DNA of 44,510 bases, from NCBI GenBank assembly GCA_023150535.1, contig JAKLKS010000003.1, positions 1 to 44,510 on the forward strand, written 5' to 3'. The translations under genes were made by a program, and so were the position numbers. Every line of letters starts with the position of its first letter. Position 1 is the first letter of the stretch. The notes below the pieces were generated by a model that saw only the letters and a program-made list of their open reading frames with translations, did no database searches and was not told the DNA's origin. Source of the DNA: Planctomycetota bacterium. Lineage in GTDB: Bacteria > Planctomycetota > JAJSAM01 > JAKLKS01. This document shows positions 7,057 to 16,116 of the stretch, in pieces.

Positions 7057-8388
7057 ATGCACCCGGGCCCCCGCCGCCCCACCCTCCGCCTCCTCCCCCT
7101 CCTCGCCCTCCCGGTCCTCCTCCTCCTCGCGTCCGGGCCCCTGCCGGCCGACACCTTCGTCCTCCGCAACGGGCAGGAGATCGACGGCTTCCGCATCGGG
7201 AAGGCGGGGAAGTCCGACCTCCTGCTCGGGAACGCCTCCGGCACCCGGAAGGTCTCGGAGGCCGTCGTCGCCGAGGTCCGCCCGAGCGCCGACCCGCCGG
7301 CCGACTTCAAGCGCTACTGGGCCGGCCTCGGCCGGAAGGACGCCGACGCCGCCGCCGCGCTCGGCGCCTGGGCGAAGGAGCGGGGCCTGCCGGAGGAGGC
7401 GAAGAGGGCCTTCGCCCGCGCCCTCGAACTGAAGCCCGACCACCCCGTGGCCCGCGAGGGGACCGGCTTCGTCCTCGTGGACGGGCAGTGGGTGGCCGCG
7501 GAGGAGGTGGAGAGGGCCCGGGCGGAGGCGGCCCTCCGGCAGGAGCTGGTCGCGCGCCACGGGAAGGCGGTGGGGGCGGAGGCGGCGGCCGCCCTCTCGG
7601 AGCACTGGCGCTACGTCTCCTTCCTCGGGGACGCGAAGGAGGGGGACCGGGTGAAGGACCTCGAGGCCGCCTTCGCCGCGGCGAAGGAGGTCCTCGGGAG
7701 CGACCCCTGGAAGGACCGGGCGCTCGCCGTCGCCTGCTCGGGCACGGAGCAGTACCACCGCTGGATCGACACCGAGGGGAAGTCCCTCCCCGGCATGAAG
7801 GGGGGGATCCTCGAGGGGGTGAAGGCGGCCACGGGGCTCAAGTGGCTCGAGCCCGCGGCGCTCGTGCGGAGCGACGTCCCGGACACCTACGCGATGCACG
7901 GGGCCTTCGTCCACTCCGCGGGCCACCTCCTCGTCCACCGGTGGGGGACCCTCAACCGGGAGATCCCCTTCTGGATCGAGGAGGGCTTCGGCGGGTGGAT
8001 GGAGCAGAAGGTCCTCCAGCGCACCACCTCCTTCTGCCGCCACCCCTCGAAGGAGGAGGGCTACGGGACGCTCGGCCGCGGTTCGAAGCAGTGGGACGTG
8101 GACCAGCCGGACTGGCACGGCCTCGTGCGCAAGGCGGCGGCCGCCAACGAGTTCCTCCCCCTCGACCAGCTCGATTCCCTCCCCCCCGGCCAGTTCTCCG
8201 GCCGCGAGGTGGGGCAGGCCTTCTCCTTCATGGACTTCCTCCTCACGAAGAAGGACCACGCGCGCCTGCGGGACTACCTGGAGCGGGTGAAGGGGGGCGT
8301 GAAGAGCCCCGTCGCCTTCAAGCAGGCCTACGGCGCCACCTTCGAGCAGATCGAGCCGGAGTGGAAGGACCACGCCCGGACGTGGTGA
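7057..8388 (+). CDS. secreted protein, possibly peptidase-MA/DUF1570-like fold with a degenerate metal motif
   Basis: 443 aa with signal peptide 'LRLLPLLALPVLLLLASG'. 'HSAGHLLVH…FWIEEGFGGWME' resembles HExxH…EG(l/f)A families, but the Glu is Ser. Confidence 0.6.
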   Translation: MHPGPRRPTLRLLPLLALPVLLLLASGPLPADTFVLRNGQEIDGFRIGKAGKSDLLLGNASGTRKVSEAVVAEVRPSADPPADFKRYWAGLGRKDADAAAALGAWAKERGLPEEAKRAFARALELKPDHPVAREGTGFVLVDGQWVAAEEVERARAEAALRQELVARHGKAVGAEAAAALSEHWRYVSFLGDAKEGDRVKDLEAAFAAAKEVLGSDPWKDRALAVACSGTEQYHRWIDTEGKSLPGMKGGILEGVKAATGLKWLEPAALVRSDVPDTYAMHGAFVHSAGHLLVHRWGTLNREIPFWIEEGFGGWMEQKVLQRTTSFCRHPSKEEGYGTLGRGSKQWDVDQPDWHGLVRKAAAANEFLPLDQLDSLPPGQFSGREVGQAFSFMDFLLTKKDHARLRDYLERVKGGVKSPVAFKQAYGATFEQIEPEWKDHARTW

Positions 8389-8520
8389 CCAGGTCGGTGT
8401 CGGACACCGTTTCACGCACCCGGGGGTCCGCCTCCCGTCCCCCCGCTCCCCGTGATTCCCGGGAGGTCGTGCGCCAAGGTGTCTGACTCCCCGACGGCCG
8501 GCCTCCCTACAATCACGCGG

Positions 8521-10209
8521 ATGGTGCGCCACCTCCCCCCCCTCCTCCTCGCCGGCCTCGCCGCGGCGCTCCTCCCGATCCCGCTCGGCGCGGAGGAGCC
8601 CTCCCCCGCCGAGGCCGGGGCGGCCGCCGCGCTCCGCTCCCGCGACTTCGCCGCCGCCGCCGAGGGGTTCCGCACCGCCGCGGAGGCGGCCGCGGGCCGG
8701 GAGCGCGCGCGCCTCGAGGGGTGCGCCGAGGACGCCGCGCTGGCCCTGCGGGGGCTCGACGCCGTCCTCCGCGCCGTGAAGGAGCACCCCGACCGCTTCG
8801 GACGCGTGCCCCTCACGAAGACCCTCCCCGCCACCGTGACGGCCGCCGACCGGGAGGGAGTGACGGCGGTCGTGCAGGGGACCTCCTCCCGCATGGCCTG
8901 GGGGACCCTCGATCCGCGGGTCCTCGCCGACCTCCTCGAGCGGGCCCGCCCGGCGGGGGAGGACCTCCTCGGCGCGGCCGCGCTGCTCCAGGCCGCGGGG
9001 GAGGGGGAGGGCGCCGAGCGGATGCTGGTCCGCCACCTCGCGGCCGGAGGGGACCGGGTCGCCGCCTCCCGGGCGCTCGCGCGCTGGCGCGGGGAATCCC
9101 CGCCCGAGGGGGGCTACGTCGAGCACGGGGGCCGCCTCCTCTCCCCCGCGGACAGGGACGCCCTCGTCCTCGAGGAGCGCAAGGCCGCCGCCTGGAAGGA
9201 CCTCCTCGGCGACGACGCCGCGCGGCGGCGGGCGGCTTTCGAGGACCTCCGCGCCCTCGGGGAGCCGGCGCGGTGGACGCTCTACAAGGGGCTCCGCGCC
9301 CGGCGCGCGCTGCTCGCGGAGCGGCTGGCGTCGGCGAAGTCCCTCACGGCGCCCGCCACGAAGGCGCGCCTCAAGGCCGAGGTGGAGAAGCGCCGCGCCG
9401 AGGCCCTGGCCCTCATCGAGGACCCGAAGAAGTACCCCTACCCGAGCGAGGAGCACCGGGGGCAGGAGGAGGTGGACCGGCTCGTGGCGCTGGTGCGGGA
9501 GGCCTGGGAAAGCCCCTTCGACGTCGTCGCCGCCTGGGACCCGGCCCTCCCGCCGATCCTCGCCGAGGCGGCGGAGGTGGACGGTTGGATCGCCGCCTCC
9601 GAGGACCCCGGGGCGGACACCCCGTACGTCCCCGACCCGGCCGCCCTCAAGGGGCCGGCCAACGCGGTCCTCGACGTCCGGGGGATGTTCCGCGACGAGT
9701 ACTCCGAGAAGGTCCTCGCCTACAACGCGAAGGTCCGCACGACGGCGGACGCCGAGGAGCGGGACAACGTGCTGGCGGTGAACGAGTACCGGATCCTCAT
9801 GGGCCGCCCCGCGGTGAAGATCCACGAGCGGCTGGTGCGGGCGGCCCGCGGCCACTCGAAGCACATGCGCCTGCACGGCTACTTCTCCCACGACAGCACC
9901 TTGCCCGGCCTCGAGACCCCGGGGAAGCGCGCGGCGCGGCAGGGCTACGCGGGGGGCGTGGGGGAGAACATCTCCATGGGGCGGGAGACCGGCCGGGGGG
10001 CCTTCGACGGCTGGTTCCACTCCTCGGGGCACCACCGCAACATGATCGGCGCGGGATGGACGGAGATGGGCTGCGGGCGTTCGCAGGCGCACTTCACGCA
10101 GCTCTTCGGGCGGGCGACGGGCAGGAGCCTGGAGGAGCCCGATCCCCTGCCGCCCCCGGCGGAGGACGTGGCGCCGGAGGGGACGGCGGGACGGCCCTCC
10201 GGGGAGTAG
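8521..10209 (+). CDS. secreted CAP/SCP (PR-1-like) domain protein
   Basis: 562 aa from ATG 8521. Signal 'LLLAGLAAALLPIPLGA'. C-terminal 'GHSKHM…GYFSH…ENIS…W..SSGHHRNMI' is a CAP-domain signature. Confidence 0.8.
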   Translation: MVRHLPPLLLAGLAAALLPIPLGAEEPSPAEAGAAAALRSRDFAAAAEGFRTAAEAAAGRERARLEGCAEDAALALRGLDAVLRAVKEHPDRFGRVPLTKTLPATVTAADREGVTAVVQGTSSRMAWGTLDPRVLADLLERARPAGEDLLGAAALLQAAGEGEGAERMLVRHLAAGGDRVAASRALARWRGESPPEGGYVEHGGRLLSPADRDALVLEERKAAAWKDLLGDDAARRRAAFEDLRALGEPARWTLYKGLRARRALLAERLASAKSLTAPATKARLKAEVEKRRAEALALIEDPKKYPYPSEEHRGQEEVDRLVALVREAWESPFDVVAAWDPALPPILAEAAEVDGWIAASEDPGADTPYVPDPAALKGPANAVLDVRGMFRDEYSEKVLAYNAKVRTTADAEERDNVLAVNEYRILMGRPAVKIHERLVRAARGHSKHMRLHGYFSHDSTLPGLETPGKRAARQGYAGGVGENISMGRETGRGAFDGWFHSSGHHRNMIGAGWTEMGCGRSQAHFTQLFGRATGRSLEEPDPLPPPAEDVAPEGTAGRPSGE

Positions 10210-10218
10210 GCGGCGGGA

Positions 10219-10413
10219 TCAGGAGGAGGGGGGGCTCCCCGGCAGCGGCTCGAGGAGGCCGTCCCTGTCGTGGTCCCGCTCCTCGAGGACGCGCTCCACG
10301 GAGCACTGCACGCACCGGAACTTCCCGTCCCGGACGCGCCAGTGGTGGGTGGATTCCCGGCACTCGGTGCAGAAGGCCAGGCGGTACTCGGACCGGGCCG
10401 TCGGATCCCGCAT
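10219..10413 (-). CDS. small CxxC…CxxC zinc-ribbon protein (paralog 1)
   Basis: 64 aa from ATG 10413. 'CTEC…(15)…CVQC'. Alignable to the neighbouring 61-aa ORF. Confidence 0.55.
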   Translation of the reverse strand: MRDPTARSEYRLAFCTECRESTHHWRVRDGKFRCVQCSVERVLEERDHDRDGLLEPLPGSPPSS

Positions 10414-10485
10414 CCCGGAAGGGTACCCGGGCCGGAGGCGCGGTGAAGCCCGGCCGCTGACGGCCGTCAACCGGGGTGGCGGGAC

Positions 10486-10671
10486 CTACCGCGTCTGGAA
10501 GATGCTCGAATCCAGGCCGAGCCCGCGGGAGCGGTCGATCTCGAGGTCGCACTGGCAGCACCGGGAGACCCGGTCCGACAGCAGCCAGAAGGTCGTCCGC
10601 TCCTTGCACTTCGGACACTGGGCGGTCTCCCACCGCAGGGTCGTCGTCCGGGGGTCCTTTCCATCGGGCAC
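10486..10671 (-). CDS. small CxxC…CxxC zinc-ribbon protein (paralog 2)
   Basis: 61 aa. 'CPKC…(15)…CCQC'. GTG start is preceded by AGGAGG 6 nt upstream. Confidence 0.6.
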   Translation of the reverse strand: MPDGKDPRTTTLRWETAQCPKCKERTTFWLLSDRVSRCCQCDLEIDRSRGLGLDSSIFQTR

Positions 10672-10770
10672 GGTGCACCTCCTGCCCGAACCCTACCGCA
10701 GCCGAACCGAACCCGACCCGGGTTGGCGTCCATACCGTGGGATTTTCCCCACCCAGGTCACTCCCCGAGC

Positions 10771-11499
10771 CTAGGCCAGGGCTTCCAGCAGATGGCGGAT
10801 CTCGTCGTCCACCTCCTCCGGGGAGCCCACGGTCTCCGCGATGGCCCCCCGGAGGAGGTCCCGGTAGCGCCGCCGCAGGCGGTGGAGGGCGACCCTGACC
10901 GCCCCCTCGGACAGGCCGAGGCGGGCGGCGGCCTCCGCGTGGGAGGGGGGGTCGCCGGCCGCCGCCAGCCAGGGGCCCAGGGTCTCGAAGAGGACGGCCC
11001 GCTCCCCGGCGTAGTCGGCGCGGAGGTCCGCGAGCACCCGGTCGAGGAGGGCGAGGGCCCAGCGGCGCTCGTAGATCCTCTCCGGGGTCCGGTCGTCCGC
11101 CGGTTCGGCGAGGTAGCGGCTCTCGCCGTCGGAGAAGTCGAGGGGGAGGACCGCGCCTCCGCCCCGCTTGAGGGCCCGGGCCCTCTCCCGCTCCTTCGAG
11201 GCGAAGTGGCGGAAGGCGGCGAGCAGGAAGGTGCGGAACCGACCCCGCGCCGGGTCGGCGGCGGCGATGCCCTCCCGCTCGAGGAGGTCGGCGAAGAACC
11301 CCTGCACGAGGTCGGCGGCGTCGGCGGGCGCGGCCCCGCCGCGGCGGGCGAAGGCGTAGAGCGGGAACCAGCAGTCGCGGCAGAGGGTCTCCAGCGCCGC
11401 CCTCCCCTCCGTCCCCTCCGCCGCCCCGGCCGCGACGACGAGGCTCCACCGGGTCGTGCGGAAGCGGGCGGAGCCGGGCGGGGTGGCGGGGGAGGTCAA
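10771..11499 (-). CDS. ECF-type RNA polymerase sigma factor (kinase-associated, ECF43-like)
   Basis: 242 aa from TTG 11499, which overlaps the kinase stop as TTGA. N-terminal 'TRWSLVVAAG', region 2 'DLVQGFFADLL', region 4 'SHAEAAARLGLSEGAVRVALHRLRRRY'. Confidence 0.85.
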   Translation of the reverse strand: MTSPATPPGSARFRTTRWSLVVAAGAAEGTEGRAALETLCRDCWFPLYAFARRGGAAPADAADLVQGFFADLLEREGIAAADPARGRFRTFLLAAFRHFASKERERARALKRGGGAVLPLDFSDGESRYLAEPADDRTPERIYERRWALALLDRVLADLRADYAGERAVLFETLGPWLAAAGDPPSHAEAAARLGLSEGAVRVALHRLRRRYRDLLRGAIAETVGSPEEVDDEIRHLLEALA

Positions 11500-14126
11500 C
11501 GGAAGAGGAGGCCGTCCTCGTCCTCCTTCGTCGGGGGCCCGTAGCGGAACTCCCACTCGGTCTCGAGGAGGACCCAGCGGTCCCCGTCCCGCTCGATGCG
11601 CGCCGCGAGGGTCCCCGCGGCGCCGCCGAGGACGGCGCGGCCCGAGGCCCCTCCCTCGTCGAGGGCGACCGCGTGGAGCGCGTAGTCCGAGGCGTTGCCC
11701 GGGATGCGGAACTGCCCGCCGCCGTAGAGGGTGACTTCCCGGCGGACGTACTCGGGACCCACGTCCTTCCAGAGGGCCCGGACGGCGCGGGCGACGGCGG
11801 CGAGGGCCTCCGCTCCCGTCCCCGCGGGGGCGCCGTGGACGAGGCAGGCGTCGGCGGCGAGGGCGGCGTCGGGGGGAGCGGGGGTGCGGCCCCCGCCCTC
11901 GGGCGGGGACGGCCAGCCGCCGCCGCCCATCCCCCCGGCGAGGAACTCCTCCCACTTCCCCTGCTCCGCGGAGCGGTCGAACCACTCCCCGCCGGAGGAG
12001 GAGATCCACCAGGAGCCGAGGCCCGCCTCCACGGGGACGGCGACCGCGGCGGCGCCGTCCGTCCAGACCATGCGCCCCGCGAGCCCGTCGGCGCGGATCT
12101 GGACGCCCGCCAGCCGCATCGCCGCCGCGCGCGCCCCCCTGCCGGTGCCCGGGAAGCGCTCCTCGAGCCAGCCCTTCCCCAGGCGATTCCACAGGGACCG
12201 GAGGTGGTCGACGAGCTCGACCTTCCGCGCATCGGTCATGCCGGCCGGGGCGAGGGTGACGAGGCCGGGATCGGAGGGGAGCGGGAGCCAGGGGCCGCCT
12301 CCCGGCCCCTCCCCGTCCAGGATCCTCCCGTCCCGATCCTCGTCCACGGGCGGGCCCGGCCGCGCCTCCCGGTCCCCCTCGGGGACGGACCAGGCGTTCC
12401 CGTCGTGGACCGCGGGGAAGGCCAGCGTGTTCCGCCCGTCGGAGACGACGACCCGCCCCGACCAGCCGTCCGGCGCCAGCGCGACGAAGCGCACCGACCA
12501 GGCGGAGGGGAGCCTCCCCTCCTCGCCGGCCAGGTACATCTGGTGGAGGAGGGACGCGCCCCGCACCCGCCAGAGATCGTCCATCTCGCGCGCGACCCAT
12601 TCCCGCTGGAGGTCTCCCATCATGCGCGGACCGCCGCGGACGTCCCGGGCCCGGCCAGTCTCCCCCGGGAGGACGGCGCCGGGGATCCGGTCCCCGCGGA
12701 TTCCGCGATCGACGACGTACCGCCCCCCGAGGAACCGCAGGGGGGGCGGCGAGGGCGGCGTCACGAGGAGCGCCGCCGGCACCCCGAGGCAGAGGACGAA
12801 GGGGTTGAGGAGCGAGCCCGCCACCGCCCAGCCGAGCCCCCGGAGGCGGCCCGCGGCGCGGTGGATGCGGATCCAGGAGGCGATGCCGAGGACGGTGGCG
12901 ACGAGGAGCGTCGCGACGGCGGTGAAGGCGGCCGCGCGGGGGCAGAGGGCGTCCTCGTCGGGGCCGTGGGTCAAGGCTCCCGTGATCGCCCAGGCCGCCG
13001 CGCCGAGCACGAAGGCGAGCGGTACCCCGAGACCTGCGGCGACGGCGACGCGGCTGAGCGGCGCCTCCGGGTCCCCGTCCCTCCAGGCCCCGTGCAGGAA
13101 GCCGCGCAGGCGCCTCCCCTTCTCCTCCGCCGGGGCGTCCCCCGGCACCGTCCCGGGCTCTGCCGCCGCCGCCGCGGGCTCCGACCCCGCCGCCGCCGGC
13201 CCCGCCGCGATGGAATCGACCTGCGTCCGCACCTCGGACGCCTGCTGCCACCGCCGGTCCCGCTCCTTCTCCAGCGCCCGCATCACCACGGCGTCGAGGC
13301 GCGCGTCCACGCCGGCCTTCCGCGAGGGGGGCGGGAAGACGCCCATGGGGAGCTCCCCCGTGAGCATCTCGTAGAAGACGACGCCGAGGCTGTAGATGTC
13401 GGCGCGGTGGTCCACGGTGTCCGGCGAGCGGTACTGCTCCGGCGCCATGTAGTGGAGCGTCCCCATGACCTGCCCCTCGCGGGTGAGGGTGAGGTCCACG
13501 GGGGCGCGCTGGACCATGCGGGCGAGGCCGAAGTCGGCGATCTTCACGCACCCGGAGCGGTCGAGGAGGAGGTTCTCCGGCTTGATGTCCCGGTGGACGA
13601 TCCCCTGCCCGTGGGCGTACTGGAGCGCGTCGCAGACCTGCGGCACGATGGCCAGCGCCTGGGCCGGTTCCAGGCTCCCCTCCCGCAGGACCTGGCGCAG
13701 GTTCGGGCCGTCCACGAACTCCATGACGAGCCAGTAGAGGCCTCCGGTCTCGCCGAAGTCGTGGACCGCGACGATGTGGGGGTGCTGGAGGCGGGCGAGC
13801 GTGCGGGCCTCGCGGGTGAAGCGCTCGGGGAAGCCGGGCTCGCGGGCGGCCTCGGGCGGGAGGACCTTGAGCGCGACCATGCGGTCGAGGTTGCGGTGGC
13901 GGGCGCGGTAGACGATGCCCATGCCGCCCTGGCCCAGCACCTCCAGCACCTCGAGGTGGGGGAAGTGGCGGGACATCTCCTCCGGGGAGGGGGGGGCGGA
14001 TCGGTCCCCGGGGCCGCCGGATTCCAGCCCCGCGGCCAGGAGGCACCGCGGGCAGGCGCCCCCGGGGGAGCCGGGGGGCGGGGGGGTGCCGCAGGTCGGG
14101 CAGGCGGGCGCGGGCGTGTCGGGCAT
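11496..14126 (-). CDS. transmembrane Ser/Thr protein kinase with N-terminal zinc ribbon and a repeated C-terminal sensor region
   Basis: 876 aa. 'CPTC…CPRC', then GxGxxG 'GQGGMG', 'VALK', 'HRDIKPEN', 'DFG', 'APE'. Hydrophobic TM block 'VAVAAGLGVPLAFVLGAAAWAI… LLVATVLGIASWI…'. SD GGAGG lies upstream of the ATG. Confidence 0.9.
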   Translation of the reverse strand: MPDTPAPACPTCGTPPPPGSPGGACPRCLLAAGLESGGPGDRSAPPSPEEMSRHFPHLEVLEVLGQGGMGIVYRARHRNLDRMVALKVLPPEAAREPGFPERFTREARTLARLQHPHIVAVHDFGETGGLYWLVMEFVDGPNLRQVLREGSLEPAQALAIVPQVCDALQYAHGQGIVHRDIKPENLLLDRSGCVKIADFGLARMVQRAPVDLTLTREGQVMGTLHYMAPEQYRSPDTVDHRADIYSLGVVFYEMLTGELPMGVFPPPSRKAGVDARLDAVVMRALEKERDRRWQQASEVRTQVDSIAAGPAAAGSEPAAAAAEPGTVPGDAPAEEKGRRLRGFLHGAWRDGDPEAPLSRVAVAAGLGVPLAFVLGAAAWAITGALTHGPDEDALCPRAAAFTAVATLLVATVLGIASWIRIHRAAGRLRGLGWAVAGSLLNPFVLCLGVPAALLVTPPSPPPLRFLGGRYVVDRGIRGDRIPGAVLPGETGRARDVRGGPRMMGDLQREWVAREMDDLWRVRGASLLHQMYLAGEEGRLPSAWSVRFVALAPDGWSGRVVVSDGRNTLAFPAVHDGNAWSVPEGDREARPGPPVDEDRDGRILDGEGPGGGPWLPLPSDPGLVTLAPAGMTDARKVELVDHLRSLWNRLGKGWLEERFPGTGRGARAAAMRLAGVQIRADGLAGRMVWTDGAAAVAVPVEAGLGSWWISSSGGEWFDRSAEQGKWEEFLAGGMGGGGWPSPPEGGGRTPAPPDAALAADACLVHGAPAGTGAEALAAVARAVRALWKDVGPEYVRREVTLYGGGQFRIPGNASDYALHAVALDEGGASGRAVLGGAAGTLAARIERDGDRWVLLETEWEFRYGPPTKEDEDGLLFR

Positions 14127-14235
14127 GGGAGCCTCCTCGACACTACCTGACGGAAGCGGGGGGGGAGGTTACAGGAATCCGGCCGGGAGGGGAGGGGGCT
14201 CGCGGTTCCGGGGGCGGGCCGGTATCGTCATCTCC

Positions 14236-14688
14236 ATGGACATCCGGAGAGGCGTGCCCGCCGACGCGCCGACGCTCGCGCGATTCAACACCCTGCTCGC
14301 CGCGGAGACGGAGGACCACCGGCTCGACCCCGCCGTCATCGGGCCCGGGGTGGCGGCGGTGCTGGCGGACCCGTCGAAGGGGCTCTACTTCGTCGCCGAG
14401 GAGGGGGGGCGCGTGGTCGGCCAGACCATGGTCACCTTCGAGTGGAGCGACTGGCGGAACGGGACGATCTGGTGGATCCAGAGCGTCTACGTCGAGGCGG
14501 CGGCGCGGAAGCGCGGCGTCTTCAAGGCCCTCCACGCCCGCGTCCTCGAGGAGGCGAAGCGGGCCGGCGTCGTCTGCGTCCGGCTCTACGTCTTCGACGG
14601 GAACACCCGCGCGCAGCAGGTCTACGCGCGCCTCGGCATGCACGACGCCCGCTACCGGGTCCTGGAGCAGGCGGTCGGGAGGGATTGA
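14236..14688 (+). CDS. GNAT-family N-acetyltransferase
   Basis: 150 aa. 'IQSVYVEAAARKRGVFKALHARVLEEAK' is an acetyl-CoA-binding motif A-like segment. Confidence 0.85.
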   Translation: MDIRRGVPADAPTLARFNTLLAAETEDHRLDPAVIGPGVAAVLADPSKGLYFVAEEGGRVVGQTMVTFEWSDWRNGTIWWIQSVYVEAAARKRGVFKALHARVLEEAKRAGVVCVRLYVFDGNTRAQQVYARLGMHDARYRVLEQAVGRD

Positions 14689-14689
14689 C

Positions 14690-14760
14690 CGATACGGAGC
14701 CAGGCTCCCTTTCCTCACCGCCCGGAGGGCGGTGAGGAAAGGGAGCCTGGCTCCGTATCG
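14690..14760. terminator. 33-34-bp perfect hairpin between convergent genes (no U-tract)
   Basis: cgatacggagccaggctccctttcctcaccgcc (14690-14722), loop, exact reverse complement at 14728-14760. It begins 2 nt after the GNAT stop and contains the stop and last ~15 codons of the minus-strand peptidase gene. Confidence 0.7.
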
Positions 14761-16082
14761 ATCACCACCGCCGCAGGGTTCGAGAACCACCGCACGCGGG
14801 CCCGCTTCAGGTCCTCCGTCGTGAGGGCCGCCATCTCCTTCGCAAGGGCGGGGCCGTCGATGCCCATCTGGTCCCGACGGCCGATGCCGAAGGCCGCGCC
14901 GTAGGGGTTCTGCGCCGCCTGCGCCGGCGGGACCTTCATCGTGGCGAGGAGCGGAGCGAGGACCAGGGTGGCGATCCTGCCGTCGGCCTCGGGGAGGTCG
15001 AGGATCGCCGCCGCCGCCCCCCGGAGCCTCGCGATCGCCGCCTCCGGCTCCTCCCCCTCGAGGAGGGGGCCCGCGAGGTACGCAGGACCCGGATCGTCGA
15101 GCGGGAGGAGGACGCCCCGCGGCCGGCCGGAGGGGGCCCCCGGCCCGAGGGAGGACTTCACCATCAGCCGGGACGCGAGCACCGTGAAGGCCGCGTACCC
15201 CTCCTCCCCGGGCCGGGGGCCGCGCCAGGCGAGGCAGGCCTGCGAGCCGGGGACGAGGGCGTCCTCCACCGCGACGACGAGGGGGGCCTCCGGCGGACGG
15301 ACCGGGGCCGGCGGGGCCGCCTTCGCGGGCGGCGTCCCGCGGGGGATCCCGGCGAACCGCTCCCGCACCGACCTCGCCGCGGCCCCGGGGTCGAACCTCC
15401 CCGCGATCACGAGCCGCGCGTTCCCCGCCCGGTACCGCTCCCGCAGGAAGGCGCGCACCTCCTCGAGGGTGAGGGCCTTCACGGCGTCGGGCCGTCCGCC
15501 CCTGCGGACGGAGGCGGCGGCCGCGGGGTCCCGGAGGAGCGCCTCCCGCGCGTGGTTCGTGGCGGCCAGCGCGGGGAACCGCCCGTACATGTTCGCCAGC
15601 TCCTCGAGGAGCCGGGGCTTCTCCCGGTCGAGGTCGGCCTGCACCGGGTCGAGGGTCGCCATGCGGGCCGCCATGTCCGCGAGTTCCGCCTCCAGCCCCT
15701 CCGGCGGGACGACGGAGGCGAGGACCGTGTAGTCCCACCCGGTCTGCGCGTTCCACCCGAGCGGGTAGGCCGCCGCGATCCCCTCGGCGGTGCGCGCCGG
15801 GGAGGAGGCGGTCGCCGCCGTGCACCAGAGGTGCTCCGCGAGGTGGGCGAGCCCGGAGCGGCCCGGCGGGTCGGCGTCCTCGCCGAAGTCGAAGAGGAGC
15901 ACCGCGGCGGCGGAGGCCGCGGCGGGCAGCGGCTCCAGGGCGACGCGGAGCCCGTTGTCGAGGGTGAACCGCTCGATGCCGGCGGGGGCCGGCTTCGGCG
16001 GGGGAGGGGCGGGCTCCTCCGCGGCGGCGGCCGGGGGGAGGAGGAGGAGGAGGGAGAGGAGCGCCGCGAACCGGGAAGCCAT
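14715..16082 (-). CDS. secreted M16 (pitrilysin/insulinase) family zinc peptidase
   Basis: 455 aa with signal peptide. Inverted zinc motif HxxEH = 'HLAEH'. Confidence 0.85.
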   Translation of the reverse strand: MASRFAALLSLLLLLPPAAAAEEPAPPPPKPAPAGIERFTLDNGLRVALEPLPAAASAAAVLLFDFGEDADPPGRSGLAHLAEHLWCTAATASSPARTAEGIAAAYPLGWNAQTGWDYTVLASVVPPEGLEAELADMAARMATLDPVQADLDREKPRLLEELANMYGRFPALAATNHAREALLRDPAAAASVRRGGRPDAVKALTLEEVRAFLRERYRAGNARLVIAGRFDPGAAARSVRERFAGIPRGTPPAKAAPPAPVRPPEAPLVVAVEDALVPGSQACLAWRGPRPGEEGYAAFTVLASRLMVKSSLGPGAPSGRPRGVLLPLDDPGPAYLAGPLLEGEEPEAAIARLRGAAAAILDLPEADGRIATLVLAPLLATMKVPPAQAAQNPYGAAFGIGRRDQMGIDGPALAKEMAALTTEDLKRARVRWFSNPAAVVIDTEPGSLSSPPSGR

Positions 16083-16116
16083 GGGTTCCTCCGCCGGGGG
16101 TCCCGCCGGGCCCCCG

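Noticed and set aside
6238-10092. Very long ORFs in the track, such as the 1284-aa minus-strand ORF here. Others are 1791-3554(-), 10094-12232(-), 10771-14046(-) upstream of 11499, 25656-28106(-), 27877-29739(-), 38446-41112(-) and 40355-42247(-).
   Set aside because: Their translations are Arg/Gly/Pro/Ala low-complexity strings that run antisense to, or out of frame with, genes having clear homology signatures. These are typical stop-poor shadow frames of GC-rich DNA. Only the recognisable terminal portions (cytochrome c, sigma factor) were kept.
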